A DNA stretch of 64,000 bases, from NCBI GenBank assembly GCA_002104905.1, contig MCFE01000177.1:62001-126000 (forward strand), given 5' to 3'. Positions 38,001-50,086 of the stretch are shown piece by piece (the first letter of the stretch is position 1; each line of letters starts with the position of its first letter). A program made the translations under genes and the position numbers. This stretch comes from Basidiobolus meristosporus CBS 931.73. Its lineage: Eukaryota > Fungi > Basidiobolomycota. The notes below the pieces were generated by a model, which worked only from the letters and a program-made list of their open reading frames with translations, searched no databases and was not told where the DNA came from.

Positions 38001-40877
38001 CCTGATTGGTTGGATGTGCTGTGCCTCTTAGAACCTTCTGGCACCTACTTAGAACATTCTTAGGTCATTCTGATGTCATTAAGATTTCTATTGATCTCCA
38101 GAACCTTCTGGAACACCATGATTAGTAATCACTTAGCCAGTGAGAAAAGTATATAAGGGAGGCTATCCCTCAACAATAAATCATCATCCCTTTTATCAAT
38201 ATACCGACTTGTTGATTAGTGTGATCACTGCTACCTGCTGCTACCTGAACTTCCAACCCTAGACCACAGGACACTCCCAGGAAACCACGCTGACAGCCAA
38301 CTGACCTTGGAGGCACTACTTGTGAGGAATACTCAGAGTAGGTATCTTTTATTATATTTGATTCTTTCCCAAGTTTGTTCTTGTACAGGCAAAGATACTT
38401 TTCTGTCTTTGTAACTATTGACCAAAGCTGCATTCTTATCAAGTCCCTGCTGGTGGAGTTTACAGTTGTTTTGACTTTGGAAGCTTTAGTACATTGTCAT
38501 CTCAAAGGATGCTGAACCCAGCACATACTTTTGTTAAGACGCCAACTAAGTTGGGGATTGTAGCTCAATAGTTTTCCCTTGACAAGCTTGTGGCTTTATT
38601 CCCCTTCACATTAGATTAGAGACAGAACCCAAGTATTCCTAGCAAGCTTTTGCCAGAGGTTATCGCACCCAGTGAACACCCCACACACAAAACACTTGAG
38701 AAGTGTTGGACGTATCTCTCCCTTGGACTTATACACCACCACAACGGTACAATTGAAAGATACAAAGCAAGACTTGTGGCCAAAGGATACTCTCAAACAA
38801 AAGGACTTGACTATACTGAGACCTTTGTACTAGTAGCCAAGTTTAATTCCATCAGATTAATATTGGCTATTGCAGCCAAATATAAGTTTTTTATTCATCA
38901 AATGGATGTAAAAATTGCATTTTTGAGCTGAGAACTTGATGAGAATGTGTGTAATGATCAGCCTGATTGGTTTGCTGGTCTTTCCAACAAAGTATAAGGC
39001 TGGTGGTACAATTGAAAGATACATGGCAAGACTTGTGGCTGAAGGATATTCTTGCACCCAAGGACTTGACTATACTGAAAGCTTTGCACTGGTTGCCAAG
39101 TGTAATTCCATCAGATTGATATTGGCTATTACAGCCAAATGTAGGTTTTTTATATATCAAATGGATGTAAAAACTCCATTTTTGAACTGAGAACTTGATG
39201 AGGATGTGTGTAATGACCAGCCTGATGGGTTCACTGATCAAGATAATTCCCACTTGGTCTGCAAGCTCAAAAAGTCTTAATATGGTCTCAAACAATCACC
39301 AAGAGCCTGGAAATGCAAGGTAGATTCTTATTTGGAATCTTTGAGTTTCAAACAGAGTAATGCTGACTATAGTATATACTATAAGCCAAATAGAGCAAAT
39401 CCAAATCTATTTGCTCTATATGTGGATGATTCTATTATAGCCACTAACAACCTAACAATGTTGAAAGAGACTAAATCCAGCCCATCTAAAGAGCTCAAGA
39501 TGTCTGATCTAGGAGAACTCAGTTACATCTTAGGATGGGTTAGGGATTGGCCAAGCCAATGGAGCAGGCCCAGCGCACTGTGAGCAGGGTGATGCCAACA
39601 CCAGACAAGTGTTGAATGCGTGACTGGTACTGCTAGAACCATCACCACCAAGACAAGACAAAGAGATAAAGTTCTCCATAGGCAGAAGTACCTAGACTAT
39701 CACCCTGAGCCAATTCAAGTATATTCAAGATATACTAAAGAAGCACCAAATGGAAGACTGTAAACTGGCAGCTACCCCAATGGAGTCAAACCCTTGATTG
39801 GTCAAAACGCAACCAAATCAAGAGATCTTGATGCCATCTGAAAGCCCTGAATTTCCTTGTTAATCAGTGATAAGCAGTTTGATGTATATAAGATGTCCAG
39901 ATATCCGTTATTCAGTGGGAATTGTCAGCCAGCATAATCAGAACTATGGATCCAATCAAATTGCAGTTGTTAAGCAGATTTTTAGATATCTAAAAGGAAC
40001 TGTTGATATCTGCTTAAGATATACTTATAAGTATTCAGAACAGGATCCTGTGGGATGCTCTGATGCGGATTGGGGACAAAATTTGGAAGACAGATGATCC
40101 ACCACAGGATACACCTTTCTTTACTACTAAAGGAGCAATATCATGAAATTCAAGAAAGCAACCAACCATAGCACTTTCCACCACAGAGGCAGAGTATATG
40201 GTAGCCTGTGAAGCTAAAAAATAAGCAATGTAGTTAAGAAAGCTTTTTGCAGCTTTAGGCCTATGTCAAAAAATGCCTATTTCTTTATTTCAAGATAAAC
40301 AAGGATGTATACAATTAGGTAGAAATCCAACTTCTTATGCTAAAACTGAGTACATAAATATTAGACATCAGTTCATATGTGAAGCTACAGAGAATAACTT
40401 AGTTAGCTTAGCTTACTGTACTTCAGATGAGATGATTGCAGACATATTTACAAACCATTAGCTAGAGACAAGATTGGATGTCTTAGATCAAATTTAGGAC
40501 TAGTCAGTGTGAATACTTAGCTGTGTAGGGGTGTTGTAAAATTTGTAATTCCACCTAAATACTCACCCAGCTTAGTCACTTAGAGCATTACATCAATCCT
40601 AGGGAATACTGACCAAAGTCCTTGTTGGGATTTACTAAGAATATTTTCACCAAAATACCAGGTGCCTAGAACATGAAAATTCTCAAAGTTGTCCAAACAT
40701 CCCCAAACTTTACACACATGCTCTCAGGATCTTTCTCAGCCTATTCTATGTGTTTGTAATGCCCACACTATGTAAAAGTATAAATACTACCTTTGCATTC
40801 AATAAATCATCAAGTGACAACCACATAAACTACTTGCTCTCCCAATCACTTCCAACATCTCCAAAACTCTTACAACA
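35035..40877 (+). mobile_element. Old full-length-like Copia family B element, heavily decayed
   Basis: LTRs 35035-35381 and 40532-40877. 5-bp TSD GTTAA. PBS GGTTATGAGCCCTG at 35382-35395. Internal fragments are collinear with 56707-60651. Confidence 0.92.
37673..38743. repeat. Solo LTR-like insert (1071 bp) in the RT of the old Copia B
   Basis: Termini TGTAGTGG...CCACCACA, 4-bp TSD ACGG at 37669-37672 and 38744-38747. 38390-38650 is homologous to 27500-27770 of the chromovirus. Confidence 0.85.
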
Positions 40878-41031
40878 GTTAAAGTGGTGCGCCCCTGAAA
40901 AGAATGCCTGCTTGCTTCTTGTGAAGTTAGTTACTCCAATATTCTAGACTGTCACATTAGGTAGGTTAGAACCTGGCTGATAGTACAATTGTATTCAGCT
41001 GACCTTGCTTTAGCTTTTTCCTAGGAAAAAG

Positions 41032-41377
41032 TGTTGTAAGCTTTGTACTTAAGTCAGAGTACCCAGCTGATTTAGTCACTAAGGTTATTGCTTACAAGTT
41101 TCAAAGAGTTCTGCCTAAACTTCTTGTTGGAGTTTAGTTACAATATCTTCACCAAAATATTAGGTAACTCAAACATTATATTGCTTAGCAATGCTAAACA
41201 ACTCCAGACTCTGAGCATACATTCTTGGAATCTTCCTAGCCACATTTTACATGCTGCTTTGCCAGTATCATTTACATGCATAAATACAACTCTCACATTG
41301 CATTAATTATTATGTAAAAACCATGCATGTGCCATATCCTCCCAATCACTTTCAATATTTGCAAGTCTCTTATTTTA
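41032..41377 (+). repeat. Highly degenerate Copia B LTR
   Basis: Recognisable blocks (ttcaccaaaata, ctcccaatcactt), followed by leader aagctgtcactctc. Confidence 0.65.
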
Positions 41378-43125
41378 GATGATGTGTCACAAGCTGTCAC
41401 TCTCCGGAATATTCACTCAGTAATTATGAGTTGACCTACTGCTGGAAGGCTGGATAAATGTAGCTACTAGGTCTGCAGAGTGGAAATAAAGTTGTTGCAA
41501 CAGGAAAGAGGCCATTGGATTATTGTTATTGAAGAATATTAACCTTGTGGTAGTGTAGGAAGAGAATTTGTTGAGTACTAGACAGCTTTGACAATTCTAG
41601 ATGCAGATACAATGGTGAAAATGGCTCCTACAGGGCTTGTGTATTGTAGATCAGGGTCTAAACAAGTTATCTCATATTCCTCTACATCTGAAGTTAACCT
41701 TACAGGCTTAAGTGGAGAAACATTGATGCTTTGGTGCAGGGTATTTTGCCAATTCAATTTGTTTATTCACACAAGGTGATTAAAAATCAGCCAATATGCA
41801 AATAAAAGCTTATCCCCTAGCAGGTCTAAAGCCCTGTGAAGCCGGCATATATGGGATATAGGCCAGACTACTGCTCAGGAGCTCTGCACTAGTCAAAGCT
41901 GAGAAAAAACTGGATCTAATCAACTCAGCTCAATGTAGATGTATGTAACACTTATTCATAGGTGGAAAAGCTTATTTAAATGCATTTATTGAGCACCATG
42001 AGGGCATGCATAGGTTAACCCAATGGACAAAAAGGAAGAAGCTCTGCTCAAAAATGAGGGTGTGAAGACGTGATAGAGCAAAAACTGATATAAAAAATGG
42101 AGAGAACATGCTCTGGCTACATTAGCATATCTCTCTGAAAACTCTTTATTCAATTGTGGAACATATATGAGTCAGAACATGAGACCATTATACTATGCTT
42201 GCCTCAAGAAAACAAAGTGCTATGATGTGCAAGCAGACTCATAACTACTATGACATGGTTTATATTTCTATGATTAATAATTGCCTTGTGATTCTTTGGG
42301 GAGATCAGTTTCTATGGCTCTACATTTTAAAAGAGGAGTTAAACCAGAGTACTCTGTGATTCTACTTCATATGAGAAAAGATACGGATGTTAACCAAGTG
42401 CAGAGTACCCCAGATAACTTGGCTGCACACCACATGCTGCCATTTGTGTAGTCAATACTCAGGCTAAAAGGTGTGAAATGTGTACTATTTGGCCACAACC
42501 ACTTGGAGAATAAGAATCAACAGAAGGCCAGTGCAGTACTAATATAAGATCAGCTGAACTTCAATATTCACAGAAGTCACACCTCTTAGTATCTCAGATA
42601 CTGGCTTTACAACAGAAAAGCAGATATTCTTTCAAGGGAAGACCCACTAGCATTCATCCCAAACATGCTGAATAGCTGCTAATCTCTTCCACTAAAATTG
42701 TGAATAAGAGACACCTGCTGAATACCAGCTAAAAATCTAATGACAGGTAGCTAGGTTTAATTCTAACATACCAACTGTGCCCATTTCTACCAATTATGTG
42801 CTTTTAACTTATGAAATAAGTTTATCAGCTGCATATTTGAATAGGGAAATTGATAAGGACCTTTACATAGACAGGCCTGATGGACACATTGACCAAGGCA
42901 GCCCCCATTTGGAGTGCAAGCTTAAAAAATCACCATGCAATCTCAAACAACCATGAAGAACCTGGAATTACAAGAGAGATTCCTACTTGGAATCTCTGTA
43001 TTTTTAATGAGTTACTGCTGATGATGATCTCTTCTATACACCAACATAACAGGTCTGGCACTATTAGTCCTATAAATGGCTTATCTTATCAAAACTACTG
43101 ATAACCAAAAAATGCATGAAGAAAT

Positions 43126-43472
43126 TGAATCCAGTTTTGTAATTACACTTAAATATCCACCTAACTTAATAACTTGTTTCCTTGCCCATAAGTGTTAAAG
43201 AATGCTAACCAAGTTTCTTGTTGGGACTTATCTTGAATATTTCATCAAAATATCAAGTACCCAAAACATTAGAAACTTCAAGGTTGTCCAAATAGCCCCA
43301 CACTTTGCACATATATTCTTGGGACCTTTCTAAGCATATTCTACATGCTTTTCTTGCCAGGATTTGTAAAAGTATAAACACCACTTTTACTTTTCATTGA
43401 TCATTGAGTGAAAACCACATAATCTACTTGTTCTCCCAATCACTTCCAATATCTCCAAAAACCCTTACAACA
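43126..43472 (+). repeat. Copia B solo LTR, at the edge of the CpG-depleted block
   Basis: Similar to 56327-56675 and ends ttacaaca. No clean TSD. Confidence 0.8.
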
Positions 43473-45152
43473 ATTAATTGGTGAAAACTGCGGCTTTTGT
43501 CACATGCTTCTCTGTCTCTGGCTTGGGTAGACTTTCTTTCCTTTTCTTTACCTCTAACACTGTCAGGTCCTTCACTGCTACTTTGCCAATTGTCAAGTAC
43601 TTTTCAAGCACGGATTTTGGCTTGGAAAGATTGGCCATACAAATTCACAAGGGCAACTCTTAGACCATGGACCTGGCCTATCAAAGATTAGGGCCGAACC
43701 TGTAGGCTCTGGTCAGTCCGGAACAGGCTCGCCTATGGATATTTGGTGCACTTAACGCGCTCACTCAACGCCTGGGAGAGCTAGGAACCATCTGTGATGG
43801 TGCAAAAGGGATGGCGGGTCAAGGGCAAAGTCTGTTCAATGTTCCAGGCGGGCATTTCGGGGATGGCTTATGCCTATCAGTGGAGACGAGTCACTTCTGG
43901 TCGCAAAAAACCTCTCATAACTCACCAGTCTCGAATTGACCTTTCCGTCCGATCGTTCCACTTGAGGTTTGGGTTAATCTTACAGTCAGAACTACCGTTC
44001 TGAGGAGCACTCGCCCGGTGCAACCACATCCACCATGCATGAGATGGGCATGTAACCCCCAAGAGTGTAGCTGATTCGCCTACTCAGATGTGGAGAATAG
44101 ACGACTTACAAGAGACGAGGTGGCCGCTAAATTCAACCGCCCAAGGGGATTCGAGGTGACTGGAGTTTATCGACAATGTGCAAGCGCCCAATGAGCATTT
44201 CAGGCTGCCAATTTATCCTTTGGTCGGCGTCATGGTGAAAATGCACGCGAAATCATCCTAGCATCTATAAACCACTCCCCAGCGTATATTTAGCATTTTC
44301 CTGGGTAACGATCAATCACTCACCATTGCCATATCTGGGGGGTAGGAGTGGATTGGCTCCAGCGTAGATCTCAGGAAAGTTTTCTACGGCAGCAGCCCAC
44401 CACCAATGACCTGGAGCAAACGGCGTGACGGGAACACGCGCTAAGAGGATTCCAGCCACAGTGGTGACCACCCCTGGAATCAACGGCTCAACTGCTGGAT
44501 TCTACAAAGTCGACTAGACAAGTAATATCAATGTGAAGTGCACGATAGACTGACCGGTTGAAAATGGTCAGCCAGTTGCTTGGTATGGCATCGGGACGGA
44601 TCATCCACGGCCAATTGCCCGCCACACTGGAAATTATTTTTAGACTTCAGGAGCCAACCCCATTCCGTTGCATGTGGTGTCCAGATTAAATTTAGGTTTT
44701 GGCTTTTGTGCCACTGACGGCGCATTAGCTGCAGCAGACACCGCGGTCAGTTAGTTGGTGGAATCAACCGGTCGAAAGACCTTGCGCATGCCAAATTTCT
44801 GGGCGGCAGGAGCTCCAACAAGCCCACGGCATCTGGGTTACAAGCGTACCTTCGGGTGGCGCCTGGTTTCCTCCAAGGTGGATTCATCCGCCGTATACGG
44901 GATTTCCCAGCGTGCCTATCTACCGGCGCTCACCTCGAATTGGGGAAGGTGGAAACCTTCCGAGCTGGATGTGTGCCCCGTACGCAGAGTTGTCTACGTT
45001 AGCGCCAGCACGCCTCGTGTCACCCTCGCATTACTCGAACTGTCAGCAATTACCAATTGATCAATCGCCACTCCGGCATTTCCATGATCTCATAGGCACT
45101 GGTTCCCTAAACTGGGTAATCCTCTTCTCTCCCCATAAGAGGTCATCTTCTT

Positions 45153-45158
45153 TATAAA
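45153..45158 (+). promoter_or_regulatory. Putative TATA box of the deacetylase gene
   Basis: TATAAA about 45 bp upstream of ATG 45202. Confidence 0.5.
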
Positions 45159-45201
45159 CCACGGCCCTCCCCATCATCTCTATGGTAATTCACATTTGAC
45201 A

Positions 45202-46518
45202 ATGAAATCAGCCCTTGCTTTACTCATCACCATGTTGGCTGCAGCATCCATTGAAGCTGTCCCCGAGCATGGCCGCTGTGGCTCCGGCCTGGGCTCCTGC
45301 GCACCCGGCTATTGCTGTAGTAAATGGGGCTACTGTGGCACCAGCACGATCTATTGCACTGTAGGCTGTCAAAGCAGTTTCGGCCGTTGCGATGACTCCC
45401 AGGCGACAACCACCACCCAGGCTACCTCAACATCGACCCCTTTGAAGCAGCGCAATGAGCAGTGTGGTTCCGGATTCGGCGCCTGCGCACCAGGCTTGTG
45501 TTGCAGCGAATGGGGCTGGTGTGGTTACTCACCCGACCATTGTACCGGTGGATGTCAAGCCCGGTTTGGCCAGTGTAGTCCCGACAAGCCTACAACCACC
45601 TCCACCTCCACCGTTAACCCAACCCCAGGAACACTGAGATATCTTGATCAGAAGTGTGGCTCCGGCGTGGGCTCTTGTGCGCCAGGCTTGTGCTGCAGTC
45701 AATGGGGATACTGTGGCTACACATCCGATCACTGTGCCACGGGTTGCCAAAAGGAGTTCGGTGGTTGCGACAAGAACAAGGAGGCTAAGGTTATTACCAA
45801 ATGCACTGCTCCGGGAACTTTCGCCATCACCTTTGACGATGGGCCCAGTGTGTTGACCTCAGGGTTACTCGACTACCTGGATAGAGTGAATGTCAAGGCC
45901 ACCTTCTTCGTTAACGGACACAACGAAAAGAACGCAGACACCGGAAACCCTATCTTAAGCATCTACGACTTGGCCGACGTCGTCAAGCGTGCCTACAAAT
46001 CCGGACATCAAATCTGCTCGCACACCTGGGCTCACACCGATCTCATCACGGTCAGTGAGTCGAGGGTTGTCTACGAAATGACCAAGCTAAACCACGCCTT
46101 CGCGAAGATCCTCAACAAGGTCCCTACCTGTATGAGACCCCCGTACGGCGACACTGATGGCCCGTCTCGCAAGATCCTCCAAAAGATGGGCTACATCGTT
46201 GTGAATTGGAATGTCGACCCTGTCGACTGGAACCCTGTGAATTCCATCGATGAGATGTACCAGGAGTACATAGACCAGACCAGCTCTGCCAACCCACGCT
46301 TTGGGAAATTCATCTCCCTGAACCATGACGTCTGGAATACCACGGCTGACTTCCGACCCGAGAATTATCCCAAAACCATCCCCCTCGCTCAGCGCGCCAT
46401 CGAATACCTCCTGAGCAGAGGATGGAAATTGGTCAACCTTGCTGACTGTTTGAGAAGCGGGCCTCTCTACCGCGAGCCCAATCCCTCCGATGACAGTTGT
46501 GGGAAGGCATGTATTTAG
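45202..46518 (+). CDS. Secreted chitin deacetylase (CE4/NodB) with three N-terminal CBM18 (hevein-like) modules, intronless
   Basis: Signal peptide MKSALALLITMLAAASIEA. Three CG....G.C..G.CCS.WG.CG.....C..GCQ..FG.C repeats with Thr-rich linkers. CE4 motifs TFDDGP, HTWAH, RPPYG, DPVDW and LNHD. True ATG is at 45202. Confidence 0.95.
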   Translation: MKSALALLITMLAAASIEAVPEHGRCGSGLGSCAPGYCCSKWGYCGTSTIYCTVGCQSSFGRCDDSQATTTTQATSTSTPLKQRNEQCGSGFGACAPGLCCSEWGWCGYSPDHCTGGCQARFGQCSPDKPTTTSTSTVNPTPGTLRYLDQKCGSGVGSCAPGLCCSQWGYCGYTSDHCATGCQKEFGGCDKNKEAKVITKCTAPGTFAITFDDGPSVLTSGLLDYLDRVNVKATFFVNGHNEKNADTGNPILSIYDLADVVKRAYKSGHQICSHTWAHTDLITVSESRVVYEMTKLNHAFAKILNKVPTCMRPPYGDTDGPSRKILQKMGYIVVNWNVDPVDWNPVNSIDEMYQEYIDQTSSANPRFGKFISLNHDVWNTTADFRPENYPKTIPLAQRAIEYLLSRGWKLVNLADCLRSGPLYREPNPSDDSCGKACI

Positions 46519-48847
46519 AGGGCTTGATTGGCATTGATTAACTGGTTGAAATAAACGGCCTATTCTTACGGTCCTGGACAGAAGACCTACACTTAGACCC
46601 AGGTATTTGATTGGCTGGTGGCTTGAATTGGGAATGGGCTACTATCGTCCGTCCCCTGTTTGGCGAACCTATGTATAGATGGTTGATGGGAATTGATCGA
46701 GCAGTCTGCCAATTCATCCTTGAAAAATAGCCGCGGTCGAAGCTTGGTAACCAATTGATTTCTTGCATCCGCGATGCTTCTTTGGGTTGGTGTGATATCG
46801 GTCGCGCAGCAAGATGATGAATCGTTGAGAACGCTCTATCCGGGTCGCAATACCAAGGCCACTTGCACTTGGTAATCAAGGCACTTGTTTTCTTGAATGG
46901 AATGGAATCCCATATGATGAAATCCCGATCCAAGTGGCTTAGAAGCTAGTACCAGCGGACTACGTGGACTGTACGTACTGACGGTGTAGATCAGTGAAAA
47001 TCCCACGAAAGCAGCGGTCTCTGAGTATTCATCATGGCCACACCTATTGATGTATATTAGAAGTTATATGACCTAATCTCATACCTGGCCAGTAGGTTGG
47101 AAACTCATTTGGCAAGAGATTTTCCCTCAAGACGTCGCGAGTAGATGGAAACCCCCCACGCTCTGCACGCATCTTTCCACCATAAATCCCGATTTCATCG
47201 GCCAGGGTTCGAACATCGTTCCTTTATGTTGGCTCAATAGCCCAGCGGGGGAAAATCCCCCCAATCGCTTCAGGTAAAAATCATGCTTTTTCGATGTTTC
47301 CCGATCACACCCAGGTTCCCACCATTTCCGTTTGGTTTACGTATTGTGTTGGTGAGTAGTAGCTACTACGCAATAGTATTCAAGGTGTATAGCCAGAATA
47401 GGTCGATCAAGCGGGTAGTGGTGGCTGCTTTCACTTGAGCATACTCTGGTTGGCTTTTTGTAGATCTTCGTGGAATGATTACATGGTTTATCACGTACCG
47501 ACACCTTTCCCATACGGATGCTGCCGAATCGATTATAGGTCAACGGGGATTTTCATGAAGATACAGCTGTCAGATATGCTGGTCAGTTTGGTCTCTTGAA
47601 TGGTGCCAGATAGAGTGGCTCTTAGATATCGGATACACATCTCGAGGTGGCCCAATCATGGATTGGTGTGTTCCAACTGTTACGGACCTACAACGATGAA
47701 AGCGAGCCTCTGAGTCTATTTGTGGAGGTCATGTCGTGCCGGTCATCAGAGGAGACTTTACTACTGGATTGAGCCATGCTGTGTTAGCCCTCATCTTCAA
47801 TGGTTGTGCTGAGAAAGAGTAAACACTCAGTGCTATTTGGTGTGATGGTATCTGGGCCGATTTGAAACCTCTAGCATAACCACCCTATGCCTGGGAATCC
47901 ACTGATTCCTCGACCTTCTTCTAGGTGGGGTGACAACTGTGGAAAGGAGAATACTTCTGTAGGAGCACACATTGCATACGCCCTGATCGCTCGTCACCAC
48001 CGATATATGGAAGAGACCGACTGTCGTACTTCTGATGGCGGTCAGAATCTCCAAGCCTCGTCCACGTAATAAAGCTGGAATAGGCTGGCCTCAGTAGGGG
48101 GATGACCAGTATTATGTAGCTTTTGAATGATGGCCCGAGAGAAAATAGGCTAGACAACTTGGCGGCCATCGGCAATGCGTGTCCATAGCTCGAAATCGGC
48201 ATGTCCATGTCACAGTTACCCTTCAGCAGCAATCCCTGCTGGGTTGAGTATATATCATCCACGACAATCACCTGAGGAGATGGATGTCCTAATCCAGCGA
48301 GGCGGTCGGTCAGAGAGGCACCCCCGCCTCCCAAAAGGCGCACCCCAGACTGGTTCGGTTGGTATATTTCAAGCCCAGCGCATCTAAGTTAAAAATATCC
48401 CGTAGCCGGGGTTGGAGATACCCACCATTCGACAGCATTGGTCGCGAGGGATGGGAGTTTCTCGAATATCGCGAGCTGATTGGTGTGCTCTAGCAGTCCG
48501 AAGTTGGTGTAAAGAGCCAATTGCATGAGGAGGAAGTCGCGCGGGCTCAATGGAATTGGGGATACACAAGAGCGATCAGTCGAATCGTCATCTCATCCGT
48601 AGAGGGGTACATTCCCATGCTCACAGTAACCTACGTGGAACAGACCCGTGACGTCTGAACCCTCTGAATCGGCCGTCATTTTCTGATACCACGAATGTTC
48701 CTTTAGAGGTTCCCGGCAGGAGATTGGGGGCGGACGAGCTGACGAACGACCAGCTCGTGGAAACTGCCAGCGAAAGGGCTATTTTTAAGCGAGGTCGGCA
48801 TGAAGGGGAGCGTTACCCGAAGATTGCGGCCTCGTACTGGGAGAGCT

Positions 48848-48854
48848 ATAAATG
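48848..48854 (+). promoter_or_regulatory. Putative TATA box
   Basis: TATAAAT about 55 bp upstream of ATG 48908. Confidence 0.45.
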
Positions 48855-48907
48855 AAGCCAGGTGTCCACATTACTTCCGCCAACCAACCCCCCCCCCCCA
48901 CTTTGAA

Positions 48908-49704
48908 ATGATCCTCCAATCCATTCTAGCCATCTTTTCGATCGGCCTGTACCCGTTGTTCGCACACGCAGACCTCTATATCACCAGCCCGGTGAACTCC
49001 ACCTGGTCGGTGAATTCCGAGCACTATATCTCCTGGTACGTCAAATAAATCACCCCTCGCCATTCGACCCGGGCTAATCAAGTGTCTTAGGTTCGCCAGT
49101 GGGAATCAGTCCCATACCAACACATCGCTGACCCTGATGAACGGCCCACAGCTCAATCTTTTCCCCATCCTGGAGATTTCCCCGGCAGTCTCGGTCTCCA
49201 CTGGCAAGTTCCTATGGAAGGTTCCCGGGGACTTGGCCATGAGCGACACGTATGTCATCCGGGCGGGAAGCGGGGACCAGGCGTCCTACAGCACGTACTT
49301 CACCATTCAGTCCCAGCAAGCCCCCGACAACAGCTCACTCATTCTGACCAGCCCATCGGGCGGTGCATGGGCCCGAAATACCGATCGCAACATCACATGG
49401 TGGGGAATATCGCTGAACACATCTCCGATGTACGACTTACTAACCAGTGACTTCCTCTTCCTCGTTCCCACTCATTAGGAACACACGCGAAGGCGCGCAA
49501 CTGCCGCCCGTGATCAAGCTGGATTTGATGTCAGGAGATCCGACCAACCTGACCATCGCCAAACCCATCGCAGATCAGGTCAACACTACCGCTTTGTGGT
49601 TTCCATGGACGGTGCCTACCGACGTGGTGCCTGGGAACTATGTTGTCATGGCCACGGCCAATCAGACGGCCTCGTATAGTTCGTACTTCCAGATCACCGA
49701 GTAA
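48908..49704 (+). CDS. Secreted protein of two tandem Kre9/KNH-like (Ser/Thr-rich GPI-family N-terminal) domains; exons 48908-49035, 49091-49399, 49479-49704 (220 aa)
   Basis: Signal peptide. GT-AG introns of 55 and 79 bp with GCTAAT / ACTAAC branch sites. Spliced length 663 nt stays in frame. Two repeats of ITSP...W......I.W ... L.LM.G ... W.VP......Y.......SYS.YF.I. Family assignment is from pattern recognition. Confidence 0.8.
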
Positions 49705-50086
49705 AGACACCAACACCCCCTCTACCGATCAATCCATTCCAAATAAACAACCATGATTCAACCCCACCATGTCCAAGTATCGACTGGTTGCATAGCCACC
49801 ATCCCTCGAAATTGTCATGCAAACCCCATGATTACCTTGGGTGTCGATGCATTCCGTACCCACCCTTTGTACCACTGTTGCAACCGTTGCACGAATGGTG
49901 AGTACACTCAGGGTCCGTGGGCCTCTGGCAATCAGGGCGCCACTTCGACCCCGTCATTTCACTTCAACTGGTCCCACCCAAACGTACAGCTTGGGGGAAA
50001 AGCACACCAACGCGCACATGACATCAAACTCATTATTTATTACATTTTGCAAGGTGAATCCGGCGAACCCTCTAATCGACTCCATC

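Noticed and set aside
1-43500. Ascomycete-type RIP as the cause of TE decay
   Set aside because: CpA and TpG remain abundant and the missing dinucleotide is CpG, which fits methyl-CpG deamination better.
43700-48900. tRNA, snRNA or other ncRNA genes in the long CpG-rich intergenic stretches
   Set aside because: No cloverleaf or recognisable snRNA sequence seen by eye. Only trivial hairpins (e.g. about 47245-47262). A covariance-model search would be needed to exclude them.
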